Below the pieces are notes generated by a model. The model saw nothing but the letters and a program-made list of their open reading frames with translations. It did not search any database and was not told the origin of the DNA. Of a DNA stretch of 64,000 nt, positions 52,741 through 64,000 are shown piece after piece; position 1 is the first letter of the stretch, and each line of letters begins with the position of its first letter. The DNA comes from Felis catus. Lineage: Eukaryota. The position numbers and the translations under genes were made by a program. The stretch is from NCBI RefSeq assembly GCF_018350175.1, contig NC_058368.1, positions 223,512,001-223,576,000 on the forward strand, written 5' to 3'.

Positions 52741-52809
52741 AAATTCCATATATTGCATGACTTGGGTTTTTAATGCATAATTTATTTTAAATGTATAAGT
52801 ACATTATAA

Positions 52810-52842
<33 letters not shown>

Positions 52843-54304
52843 GTGTGTATACATATTATATACGTCATATATGTCATATATATGTGTATATATGTGTGTA
52901 TATGTATATATATATATGTTTATGTATATATGACAAATTTTCTTTAGTAAATGTTTGAAGAAAAAGGAGGGAGCCGGGAAAACTCTCCCCTTAATTTCAA
53001 TAGAGGTAATTAAGAATTAAGTCTCTTGTTTTAAATTTGTGTATGTCCTTACAAATCCAATTATGTAATTTATTTCTAAGAATTGAATGCATGATCTCTC
53101 TCTCTCTCTCTTTCACACTAATACATAAATGCAGATATGCATACATATAACATGTTTGTATGCACATACACATTATGTGTGGGCTTATATGCATGTGTGA
53201 AAGTACAATCTCAGTGGGTTTTTTTAATCCTTTTCCATCCCCTTGGAAATGTATAATGTTACACAGTATATAACCTTTTGGAGAACTTGCCGAGCACTCT
53301 GAGGGATATTTTGGCAACCACAGAAGTGCTGATTAGACTGTACTATAAATTATCCAAGATGGGTATTTTTTTCTTCCCAGAGGGAGTAATTACAGAGTAA
53401 AAATAATATGAAAGGCAAAAGGTCATTCACCATGTATTCCAAGATTCTAGGAGTTATGACCTTTATTAATCTTATGTAGATAAAAGTGAATTTTTTTCCT
53501 AAATAGTATACTGACTCTATCAATTGAGCCATATCATTTATGGCAATGGTATAGCTTCAGGCTGTTAGTCAGATATTTACATTTTGAATCATACCCTTTA
53601 AAGTTTCTCCCAAATGTTCTTCAAGCCTATAAGGAATGGCAGTTTTCATAAATAACAGGTAAATGAAAGTTCATATGCAATTATTATACAGAGATGTAAT
53701 ATATAATTATTTATGGACTATAGGCTCTCAGTTTTTAAGATTCTTAAAGGTAATTTTATATGTTATATGTCTTTATGAGTGGTATTTGCATTTTTGTTAG
53801 AATTAATATTTAGAGTAAGTTTTGTCTGATATCTTTTCTTATTTTAGAATAATTCAATATATTTCCTCCCATGGCTAATCACACTATGCTAAAAATGTCA
53901 CACATAAAGATACTATATTGGATTAATGTTACAAATGTGCATATGAATGTTATGTTTATGTTAAGCACAAATATTAATAAAGTGTGTAAGCTTTAAATAC
54001 ACACAAGGCTCTTTAGAAGGAGCCTGGTCCCAAAGATCTTAGATTCTTTGAAATTATTTAATTCATGGCAAGTCTATTTTTTATATTCTTTATGATCTTT
54101 ATTATCATGTCCATCCAAGTCATTGAGTTAATCTCCATTTATCATTATATATATACATGTATATATGTGCATATATATTTCCAATTACTTCTATTAATCC
54201 TATAATTCTCTCACTAGAATATCACCTTAAATACACAGACACACACTCAGAGGTTTTATTTTCCAATTTGCTGATATTTCTTATCTTATAGAGATGATCA
54301 TTAT

Positions 54305-55790
54305 TCATTCTCTTTTTCGATTCACCTATTGATGGATACTTGAGTTGTTTCCATATCTTGGTCATTGTGATTAATGGCTACAGTGAACATATTAATATAG
54401 GCATCTCTTTGAGATTTTAATTTCAATTCTTTGGGATGTGTACCTAGAAGTAGAATTGCTGGGTCATATAGTAATTCTACTTTTTTTTTTTTTTTTTGAG
54501 GAAACTCCATACTATTTTCCATAGTTGCTGCACCATTTTAAGTTTCTACCAAGAGTATACGTGGGTTCCAGTTTCTCCAGAACCATACCAACACCATTTA
54601 TCTTTTGTGTTTTGATAATAGTCATTCTACTAGGTGTGAGGTGACATCTAAATGTAGTTTTGAGGGCACCTGGGTGTCTCAGTGGCTTAAGCATCAGACT
54701 CTTGATTTTGGGTCAGGTTATGATCTCATGGTTTGTGAGATCAAGTCCCTCATCAGGCTCTGAGCTGATCTTTAGATTCTCTCTCTGCCTCTTTCTCTCT
54801 GCCCTTACCGCACTTGCACTCTTTCTCTCTAACTAACTAAATAACTAACTAACTAAATAAATAAATATATGTTTGAATTGCATTTCCCTATTTCCCTGAT
54901 AACTAGTGATGTTGAGCATCTTTTATGTAACTGTTGGCTATTTATATGTCTTCTCTGGAGAAATTTCTGCTTAAATGCTTTGCTAGTTTTTTAATTGCCT
55001 TTTTTTTTCCTATTGACTTGTAGAAGTTTCTTATATATTTTGGAAATTAACCTTTTATTAGATCTATGGTTTGGAAGTGTTTCCCCCCATTCTGTAGGTT
55101 ACCTTTTCATTCTGTTGATTGTCTGCTATGCTGTGCAGAAGATTTTTAGTTTGATGTAGCCCTACCCATTTGATGCTTGTGCTTTTGATGTCATATCCAA
55201 GAAGTAATTGCTAAGCTGATGTCAAGATTTTCTGTATTCACCTTTATTTCTTTAAGGAATTTTACATTCTTGAGACTTACATTTACATTGTTGACTCATT
55301 TTGAGTTGATTTTTGTGTATACTATAATGTAGAGGTCCAATTTATTTATTAATCTATTTTGGATGCATATATCTAGTTTTCCTAATACCATTTGGTAAAG
55401 AAACTGTTTACTCTTGGCACCCTTATCACAGGTCAGCTGACCTTATATGCATAGGTTTAATTCTCGGCTCCCTATTCTGTTTCATTGGTCTATATGTCTA
55501 TTTTTATGCTGGTACCATACTGTTTCAATTACCGTAGCCATATAATATATTTTGGAATCAGGAAGTTTGACGCTTCTTGCTTTGTTTTTTTCTCAATTGC
55601 TTCATCAATTCTGTGTCAGTTGTAGTTCCCTAGTCTCAGAGATTTGTTCTATTTCTGTGAAAAAAAATGCTAATAGAATTGTGATTGAAATGGCATAGCA
55701 TTGACCTGCAGATTGCTTTAAGTAGATTTTTCGAGTATGATGTTAGCTATGGGATTATTATTATGACCTGTATTAAACTGAGGTACCATC
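54305..55790 (-). mobile_element. L1 ORF2 3' fragment, inverted arm, with a nested SINE
   Basis: tagaagtagaattgctgggtcatat, ctgtgcagaagatttttagtttgatgtag, ttgagttgatttttgtgtat. Confidence 0.88.
54663..54870 (+). mobile_element. Can-SINE nested in L1
   Basis: Interrupts L1 between ...tgtagtttt and ...aattgcatttccct. Confidence 0.88.
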
Positions 55791-55812
55791 ATTCTATCAT
55801 TCTATCATTCTA

Positions 55813-55852
<40 letters not shown>

Positions 55853-55854
55853 TG

Positions 55855-56608
55855 TGTGTAGTGGAATATCATGCAGACTTTTGAAAAAGAATAGGGGCAC
55901 CTGGGTGGCTCAGTCAGTTAAGTATCCAGGTTCGGCTCAGTTCATGATCTCACGGTTCGTGAGTTCAAGCCCCGCATCAGGATCTGTGCTGACAGCTCAG
56001 AGCCTGGAGCCTGCTTCAGATTCTATGTCTCCCTTTCTCTCTGCCCCTCCTCTGCCCATGCTCACTCACTCGCTCTCTCTGTCTCTGTCTCTCTCCAAAA
56101 TAAATAAAACATATTTTTTTTAAAGAAGAGAGTCCACCATGTGTGACATGGGTGAATCTACAGAACATTATCTAAAATAAGTCACAGAAGGACAAATACT
56201 ACATGATTCCACTTATACAAGGTATCTAAAATAGTCAAACTCATGGAAGCATAGAATTGTATCGTGATTGTTAAGGGCAGGGGACTGAAGGAAATGAGAA
56301 GTTGTTTTTCGATGGGCATAAAATTTCAGTTATGCTGGATGAATAAATTGTAGAGATCTTCCACACCACAGAGTAACTATACTTTACAATACAGTGTTGT
56401 GCACTTCAAAATAGGTTAATAGGGTAGATCTCATGTTCAGCCTTTTTACCACAAAAGCAAAATAAAACAGAAGCAAAAGACACAAGAAAATTAATAACTT
56501 GATTTTGGTGATGCTACTGCCAGTGTTTTGTGTATTTATACCCGTGAAACTGTACATATTAAATATGTTCAGGTCTTTGTATACCAACTGTACCTCAATG
56601 AAGCTGTG
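55855..56608 (+). mobile_element. L1 3' end (L1MB-like), sense arm, with a nested SINE
   Basis: gtcacagaaggacaaatactacatgattccactta...aaaatagtcaaactcat...tacctcaatgaagctg. Confidence 0.85.
55894..56122 (+). mobile_element. Can-SINE (felid type)
   Basis: Full body. aaagaa occurs on both flanks. Confidence 0.92.
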
Positions 56609-59192
56609 TTGTTGAATTTTTTTTTCAAGAGCCTCACCATAATTATTGTCCTGGAATTTTATAGTATTTTTTATGTACCTGGCTATTTATACAGTCCTTA
56701 GAAGTTCTAAAAAATATTCTAAACATCTTCTGACTTCTGAATAAATCTTACCTGTCAGCTATTTTCTAGTTATTAGGAGACAATTTGAATACTATTTACA
56801 ATTCACAAACTCTCAACTATATGAAAAAATAAATGTTGAAATATTAATCTTAATACACTCTATTTTGCCTAATGGAGCATCGCGAATGGGGAAGAGGTAC
56901 GATGCTTGCAATGCTTAGAATGTATCAACAAATATCAGGCCTTCCTCTGAACATGATGATCTTCCAGGGATATCCTTCCCCTTATAAGACACAGCCTAAA
57001 TGTTTCCTGGAATGTGAGTCTTTTATGACTAATTTATACAATTTTTTGTAACTTTCTTTGTAAAAACAACCTGCTTTGCAATAACACTAGCATAATAATT
57101 TTATGATTGGTTTATTTATTTCTATGAACTAAGACTTCTTTTGTTTGAAAGTTTTTATCCCAGTTTTAATTGGGTGAGAATCCTTTGGGAGGCTTGCAGA
57201 ATTGTGGTAGGTTAAGCCATTATTTAGAGACCTTAGCAACCAGAAACTTGACTTCCTAGCCTTTCTACCGTAGAAAAAAAAATGTAGGAGATATGTTTGA
57301 CTTTTTTTTATCTAATTTTTTAATAGAATAGTGCTCTATTTTATGTAACTGCCTAGGAACATTATGGTGTTTACAGAGATTCTGAAAATTATTATACCTT
57401 CTTTCTGATACTGAATTTTACCCTGAGATTAGGTACTTCAACATGAATTTTGGAAACATGACTATTGTCAGGAACCCCTCCAACATTTCATACCTTTGCC
57501 ACCAAAAAGAAACTAAAGGTCTCTCCTCATTCCAGTTCTCACATTTTATGGAATGTTCCCTGTTTGAATCATTGTGACTCAACTGCCAACCTTTCACAAA
57601 TCAACTGCAAGCAGAAAGGTGAAGTCCTGTAAGAATTTGGGCCTCATGCTCTTTGCAGGTCAATTAAATATGTCAGGAGGGATAGAGTGTTCTGCAATAT
57701 GACAGATCCTGATAAAACCACATGATTAAGGTCAGAAGATCATGTGTTTCATAGAGGACGGTGGTCTATCCAGGAAATGTTAAGTTGGTGAGGACTATTG
57801 AACTAAAAAATAATGTCAGGTAGCATCTCAAATGTTTACAGAAGAGAACTGGGAAAAAATCTTCATTGAATTTTGAATAAACAGACACATAAATCAAATA
57901 GAACTTTAATACAAACAATTGTATCTTTAGAAACAGATTAGATCACTCCACACATTTACCAGATATGTTAACTTAAAAAAATATTATCATACCATAACTA
58001 ACAAAACATTGGCTTAGGGAAATTATTTTCATATAGGCTCCACATTCACTTATCTGTATAGTCTAATTAAATCCATGCCTAATGTTAAATCACCATTAAT
58101 TTAGTCTTGGTTGAAAGTCTTTTATACAATTATATTTTAATTCAAGGTTTCCATTATTTATATTGTTATTTGAGATTTGCTCTAAGAAATAAATTGTTTT
58201 AATAGATCTGTTTCTAACTGGTCAGTAAAACAATGGTACTGATGTAGCCATTATGTTTCTTAGTACCTATTTTATAAGTTTCTATAAAGAGAGTTCTAGG
58301 AGCTCTCCCTGAAGGAATTTAGTATCAGGACAAACTCTGACATTTAAAAAAGTTTCTCAGTGTAAATATTTAGTATCAGGACATACTGAAAAAGATATGT
58401 CTGCAAATTGGATCATGAGATTTATAGAGTCAATAGGCTTTTCTTGTTTTTTGGCTATGGGATATATATGTAAAAATTAATTCAATCACAAATAAGACAT
58501 CATCCTATGTAGTCATTATATTTATCTTTCTCATTCTTTAAGTTAGTCATTATTTTCATTTTGATGACTTTATTTTATTCAAGACTTTATTGTAAAACCA
58601 CTTTAAATTCTTTTTAGAAACTGATCAGGAATACAGGGTAATTAAGTGCATAAATACGTTTACTGTCTCTCTGTCATGGCTAATACATTTCATTAAACTT
58701 AAGTGTATTGATCAGAATAATAATCATACTTGCAGGTACATTATATTGTTTTCTCTGTTTTCACTTTGAATTTCAAGTTTTCTAACTCTTATACTTTAAT
58801 TTTGCATGCTACATGGAAGGAGAAATGCTTTGGGGATTTCGTTAATACTTGACTAATTTAGTTTTTGCTCAACATAAGAATGCAAATCTGACCTTCATTA
58901 TCTTTTATCGGTTGCCTATGAATGTAGAGTTAATAAAATATTTTATATTAAGATCCCTACAAATTATTTTCATATAGGTTATTTTACATACACTTTAAAG
59001 TTTATGTAATCTAGTATTTCACTACTAAGCAGTTTGACATTTAAAATCTGAAAACACATCCATTTTCTATATTACTTAATACAATGTTTGTTTGAATATG
59101 TGGTCTAACCATTTTAATGTCTTTTTTCTTTTGAAACTACATTTTTGTGAACCCATTACCATCAGAAAATTTTAATATGAAATATTTTTCAG

Positions 59193-59380
59193 AGCACTAT
59201 CAGCTGTATGTTCCTGAGTCAGCTCAAGTTGGGTCAGCTGTTGGGAAAATAAAGGCAAATGATGCAGACACTGGTTCAAATGCTGACATGACCTACTCCA
59301 TCATTAACGGTGATGGTATTGGGATATTCTCCATCTCCACTGACAAAGAGACCAGAGAAGGGATCCTTTCTTTAAAGAAG
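59193..59380 (+). CDS. CDH18: Cadherin-18 next coding exon (first half of EC3), 188 nt, phase 1-0
   Basis: Acceptor ttttcAG at 59191-59192 and donor GTAAAA at 59381. A(32148)+AG restores Lys, giving ...PRFPQ-K-HYQLYVPESAQVGSAVGKIKANDADTGSNADMTYSIINGDGIGIFSISTDKETREGILSLKK in frame, with PE and DAD motifs. Confidence 0.95.
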
Positions 59381-60395
59381 GTAAAAAGAGCATACTTTCT
59401 CTGATTTAAGCAATTCACCCATTTTTCCATGAATTATCCATAATAGTATGAATAATCCATATTGTCAAGTCATTAGTATGCTAAAATATTTTCTCTTTAA
59501 GATGTAATTACATTTTAATTATGGCTCTGTCTGACTTTTTGGATCCTGTCTTAGAAAAAATATATATATATGACATATATATGGAAGATCTGATGTAGAA
59601 TGTACCATGACAACAGGCTTATCGTGAATTCCAGTTCTATTAATGCTCTATTAATGCATACAATATTAATTATTTCATGTTGTACTAAATTATGTAACAT
59701 TAAGAGATTTTTCTAACTAATGTAAAAATCTTCACCGTGTTCGCTAACACTCACTAGGATACAGGGTTTTGTTTGACAATCATGGATTCATCAAGACAGC
59801 TCTAGTGGAACCCTTAACCTTCTCCCTGACTCTTTTTTATTGTAAAGAATTTGTCATTGGACTAAATCTATCTATTGCTTTTTGCTTTTAAGAGTACATT
59901 ATGTTTATCTCATTGTAAAAATGAAATGGAACACAGATATTAGCAAAGAAAGATTTAAATATATCTCCTAATGCAGAATGTCTTAGTCTTTAAATATTGA
60001 ATGATTTCAGCTTGGAAACCTAGTAACATTCAGATCCCTGGGCTTTGCCTTCATATATTTTGATTCAGAAAGACTGGAGTGCAGATAAGGAATTGGCCTT
60101 TTTAGCAAGTACTCCAGATGATTCTACTGTAGAATATATTTATAACATAGGTTGACAAATTTTATCCTGGCATGCTACTGTAGATACTGAAGTGAATTAA
60201 TCTATGTCTGTCTGTCTGTCTATCATCTATCTATCTTTTTGTCATCTATCTGCATAATTATTTGTGTTTTGTATATACTTTTCTATTTGAACTATATCAA
60301 TTTTATTAATTCTCCCAATACATATAATCTTATATTGATTAAAATTAAGGATTAACTTATTTTTTAGATGCTACAAAGGGGGCCACAAAGTAGAA

Positions 60396-60604
60396 TTTTT
60401 TTTTCATTTTATTTATTTTTGAGAGAGAGAGAGAGAGTGAGAGTGAATAAGGGGCAGAGAAAGAGAGGGAGACAGAATCCCAAGCAGGCTCCATGCTATC
60501 AGTCCAGAGCCCAACACAGGGCTTGATCTCATGAACTGTGAGATCATGACCTGAGCCAAGATCAAGAATCAGATGCTTAACCAACTGGGCCACGGAGGCA
60601 CCCC
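60396..60604 (-). mobile_element. Can-SINE
   Basis: Full body. Confidence 0.9.
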
Positions 60605-61048
60605 AGCAAACTGCAATTTAGAGCATGTAAATACTTACAGAACAGTATTCATCACTAGACTATGTAAAATATTGATGTCTTCACCTAAAATGTTTTATCA
60701 TTTTAATCTTTCTTTCCTGAATTTGTAACCAGGAATGTTATAAAGCATATAAATGAGTACATAATAAAATGAGGATTTTTAATTGCAAGTTGAGAGACTG
60801 AATGTGTGTTTTCTATGCAGGTGTGTAAAAGGCCAATAGAGACAAGAAACTTAGGATACTAAAGAGAGGATATTGGATTTAAAAAGATGGCTGGGGCAGA
60901 GATGACCCTGTGTAGGCTCTTGATCAAGGGTAGAAAGAAACAACCCGTGATGGTATGCCTCTGTCCCTGAGAAAATCAAACAGGATTTGAAGTAAATGGT
61001 TCCAAAGTTTGCAATGATCCAGCTGGTGTGGGGGAGCTGGGGGAGGAG

Positions 61049-61079
<31 letters not shown>

Positions 61080-61540
61080 TGAGCACTAGGTCTTTGTAAA
61101 GTAGGAAGTTACAGCATATTTGCAAAAAATGAGGTTGATGGATGGTTTGAATATATGCAGGATCTGAAATACAAGTATATATTATGCAATTAAGAACACT
61201 AGGGATTTTACCACCCCGTATGGCCTCAATCAATTTGATGATGTTCGTGAAAAACAAAGTCAAAATAGTTTATGTACGTATGTGTGCACATATATTTAAA
61301 TAACATTCTTTATTCAATATCGTGCACACACACAACAGTTATTTTTCAAGATAAAAATAGTTTCAGTTGTACAAATGGTACTGGTAATGATGATATATTC
61401 AAAATAATCTTTTCACTTTCTTCCATGAATTAATTTTTTGATGTAGTCTACACTTCTTTCAAGAAGTATTAATGTTTGCGTTTATCTAATTATTTGATCC
61501 TTCAGATTATGATTTTGTTTATTATTTTTAATGTTTATTT

Positions 61541-61763
61541 TATTTTATTTTATTTATTTTTTTTAATGTTGTATTTATTGAGAGAGCGAGACAGAGCATG
61601 AGCATGGGAGGGGCAGAGAGAGGAGGTGACACAGAATTTGAAGCAGGCTTCAGGCTCTGAGCTGTCAGCACAGAGCCCAATGCAGAGCTCGAACCCACCA
61701 ACTGCGAGATCGTGACCCGCTCGGAAGTCTGAAGCCCAACTGACTGAGCCACCCAGGCGCCCC
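61541..61763 (-). mobile_element. Can-SINE inserted in the tail of the neighbouring SINE
   Basis: TSD ttttt(a/c)atgtttattt at 61525-61540 and 61764-61779. Confidence 0.9.
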
Positions 61764-61972
61764 TTTTTCATGTTTATTTTTGAGAGAGAGGGAGAGAGAG
61801 ACAGAGTGTGAGTGGGGGAGGGGCAGAGAGAGAGGGAGACACAGGATCCAAAGAAGGCTGTAGGGTGTGAGCTGTCAGCACAGAGCCTGATGCAGGGTTC
61901 AAACTCAGGAACAGTGAGATCATCACCTGACCTAAAGTCTGATGCTCAACCGACTGAGCCACCAAGGTGCCC
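61764..61972 (-). mobile_element. Can-SINE, host of the nested copy
   Basis: Outer TSD cagatta(t/a)gatt at 61503-61514 and 61973-61984 brackets both SINEs. Confidence 0.9.
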
Positions 61973-63879
61973 CAGATTAAGATTATTAATCTGAGTTATT
62001 TTATTGCTACATACTGCATGTTATAAACAACTGCAATTTGAAAAATAACCTATGTAACCCAGTGTTTTTTAACCTTTAAGAGGTACTCATTCAGGTGGCA
62101 GGAAATGGATAAAACAGTCCTTTAAAACAGGTTTTTTATTTAATCTGTAAGGCAGCTCACCTTAGCCAGCAAAGCAGAACAGCTAATCTTCCCAAAGATC
62201 AAAATCAGGGCTGCTTTCTAAATCAGTTTGCAGGGCATCTGCTCATTCCTGTCCATATCATCCCTTTATCAGAAAATTGCCAAGTTGAATTCACAGGTCC
62301 GTGGTGTGGTACATTGTAAATACACTTTGATAACTTTCATTCATTGTTTAATGGAGCTTGACTGGGTGGAAAGGGGGAAAAAAAGATAAGGATGAATGCA
62401 AGTTGATGCACTCTTTCCTCCGCCATAAACCTCTGTAGCTAGGGATGTGTGTTCTGAGCAGCCTTTTTCTCAGATTCTCTTCTTGTGGTTTCATATCAAT
62501 TTGCAGTCTGTATGGTACTTGATCCTTTTTTTTTTAATTCAAGGATCCAACCCTATTTGTTCTGACTTTCAGCAAAAAACATCTGTACTATCTTCATAGT
62601 GTTCAGTGTGAAAAAAGATTAATATTATTTTATTTAATAAATGATTTGAAGTGGACCGTAGAGTAAACATAAAAAAATTATAGAAGTTTTTTTTTCAAGT
62701 TTAAGTTAACCCTACAAGAAAAAAGTATTAAATATGTTCAATTATAACCATACTAGGTCTATGCCAAATAATCACATTTTTGGTTGTTTAGTGGGATATG
62801 TTTAGTGAATTTTTCTTTATTATTCCTTTGCCTTGCATTGACTGATAGAATAAGAATCAGAATGTTCCTTGCCATTAGATTGTAAAATTTGGGGCTCTGA
62901 ACCATAAAGTGCAGCAAGGAAGACATCCCAACCTATTGCAAATGCCCATAAAGGCAAACGCATCTGCGCACTTTTTTTTTAAGAAGAAACAGATGTCTAA
63001 TTGTAATGAACTATTTCCAAAATCTGAACATTCTTTAGAGATGAGACTATCAAAAAACTCTTCCAAACTGCTATTTTTATTCTTATAAGGTGCTATCTGG
63101 AAAGTACTTCTGTTCAACCAGAAGTTAAAGAGAGGAGTCACATTTCAATCAGTTAAATCTGTCACTATATTTGAAATGACTTTTGACTGCTTTGGGACAA
63201 CTTTGTTCTTATATTCATAAATAGGCATGGCCATGAAGTGATAGCTAATAGTTGAAACTACTTTGGATGTGAATTGGCTGTTTTTTACATGCATGTTTCT
63301 ATAATATAATTTACTATGTCAGTTGGAAATTGATAATGCGTTGAAACATCCTGATGAGTTAAGCTGCTCATAACATGGACTATTGGTAAGTTACCATATA
63401 TATGGAAATTCACACACAATACACATGTAGGCTGTATAAAAATATAAATAACATAATATATAATATATATTGATATATATCACAAAATATACATGTATTT
63501 GTTATTTGAAATAAAAATTTCCCATTTATTTTTTCCCATCTTCCAGTGACAGCAAGCAAACATATAATATTTATTTGTATCAACATCTTTGAAATTATCC
63601 ACACTGAATTACTCTCTTCTGTGCAGAGAAATTTACAACAGGAAAGTTTGTACATGTGTTCTAGTGTCCACAGAATGTCTACCTTCCAGGAAAGATCTCT
63701 GACAAGGACCATAAACCATGGCATGATAAGAAAACCCAACTGAAGAAATGTTATTCAAATCCATGCCATTTTTCTTAGCTTTGGGCAAATATTATCATTT
63801 AAAATACATTTTTTCATAAGGCAAAATTTAATAATAGTATCAGTTACTATTTCAGGGATTTAGCCATGTTTTTACATGA

Positions 63880-64000
63880 TTTAAAAAAATAATGTTTATT
63901 TATTTTTGAGAGAGAGAAAGTAAGAGCAAGAGAGATAGCAGGGCAGAGAGAGAGGGAGACATAAAATCCAAAGCAAGCTCCAGGCTCTGAGCTGTCAGCA
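63880..64000 (-). mobile_element. Can-SINE, cut by the window edge
   Basis: aatccaaagcaagctccaggctctgagctgtcagca. Confidence 0.88.

Larger units (their letters stand above)
32149..59192 (+). other. CDH18: CDH18 intron, GT-AG, 27,044 bp
   Basis: Lies between two exons that join in frame with contiguous cadherin sequence. Confidence 0.9.

Overview
AT-rich mammalian genomic DNA from a cat-family (Felidae) genome, inferred from about 30 tRNA-derived Can-SINEs of the felid type and a felid L1 3' end. The window lies inside the type II cadherin gene CDH18 on the + strand. It holds two coding exons, 31981-32148 (168 nt, phase 1-1) and 59193-59380 (188 nt, phase 1-0), which splice in frame across a 27,044-bp GT-AG intron. 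The rest is intronic: SINEs, L1/L2/MIR fragments, hAT DNA-transposon fossils, MaLR/ERVL LTRs and microsatellites. The most notable items are: (i) a young-looking 816-bp ERVK-like solo LTR with a perfect 6-bp TSD inserted inside a SINE; (ii) three related ERV1-class LTRs within about 9 kb, one still attached to a polypurine tract and a decayed env immunosuppressive domain; (iii) a 68-bp L1 tail with a perfect 15-bp TSD; (iv) an L1 with twin-priming geometry; (v) two palindromic or templated-insertion scars. I found no convincing evidence of a new biological system. Repeat family names come from recognition by eye and were not searched. Repeat boundaries are approximate unless a TSD is quoted.
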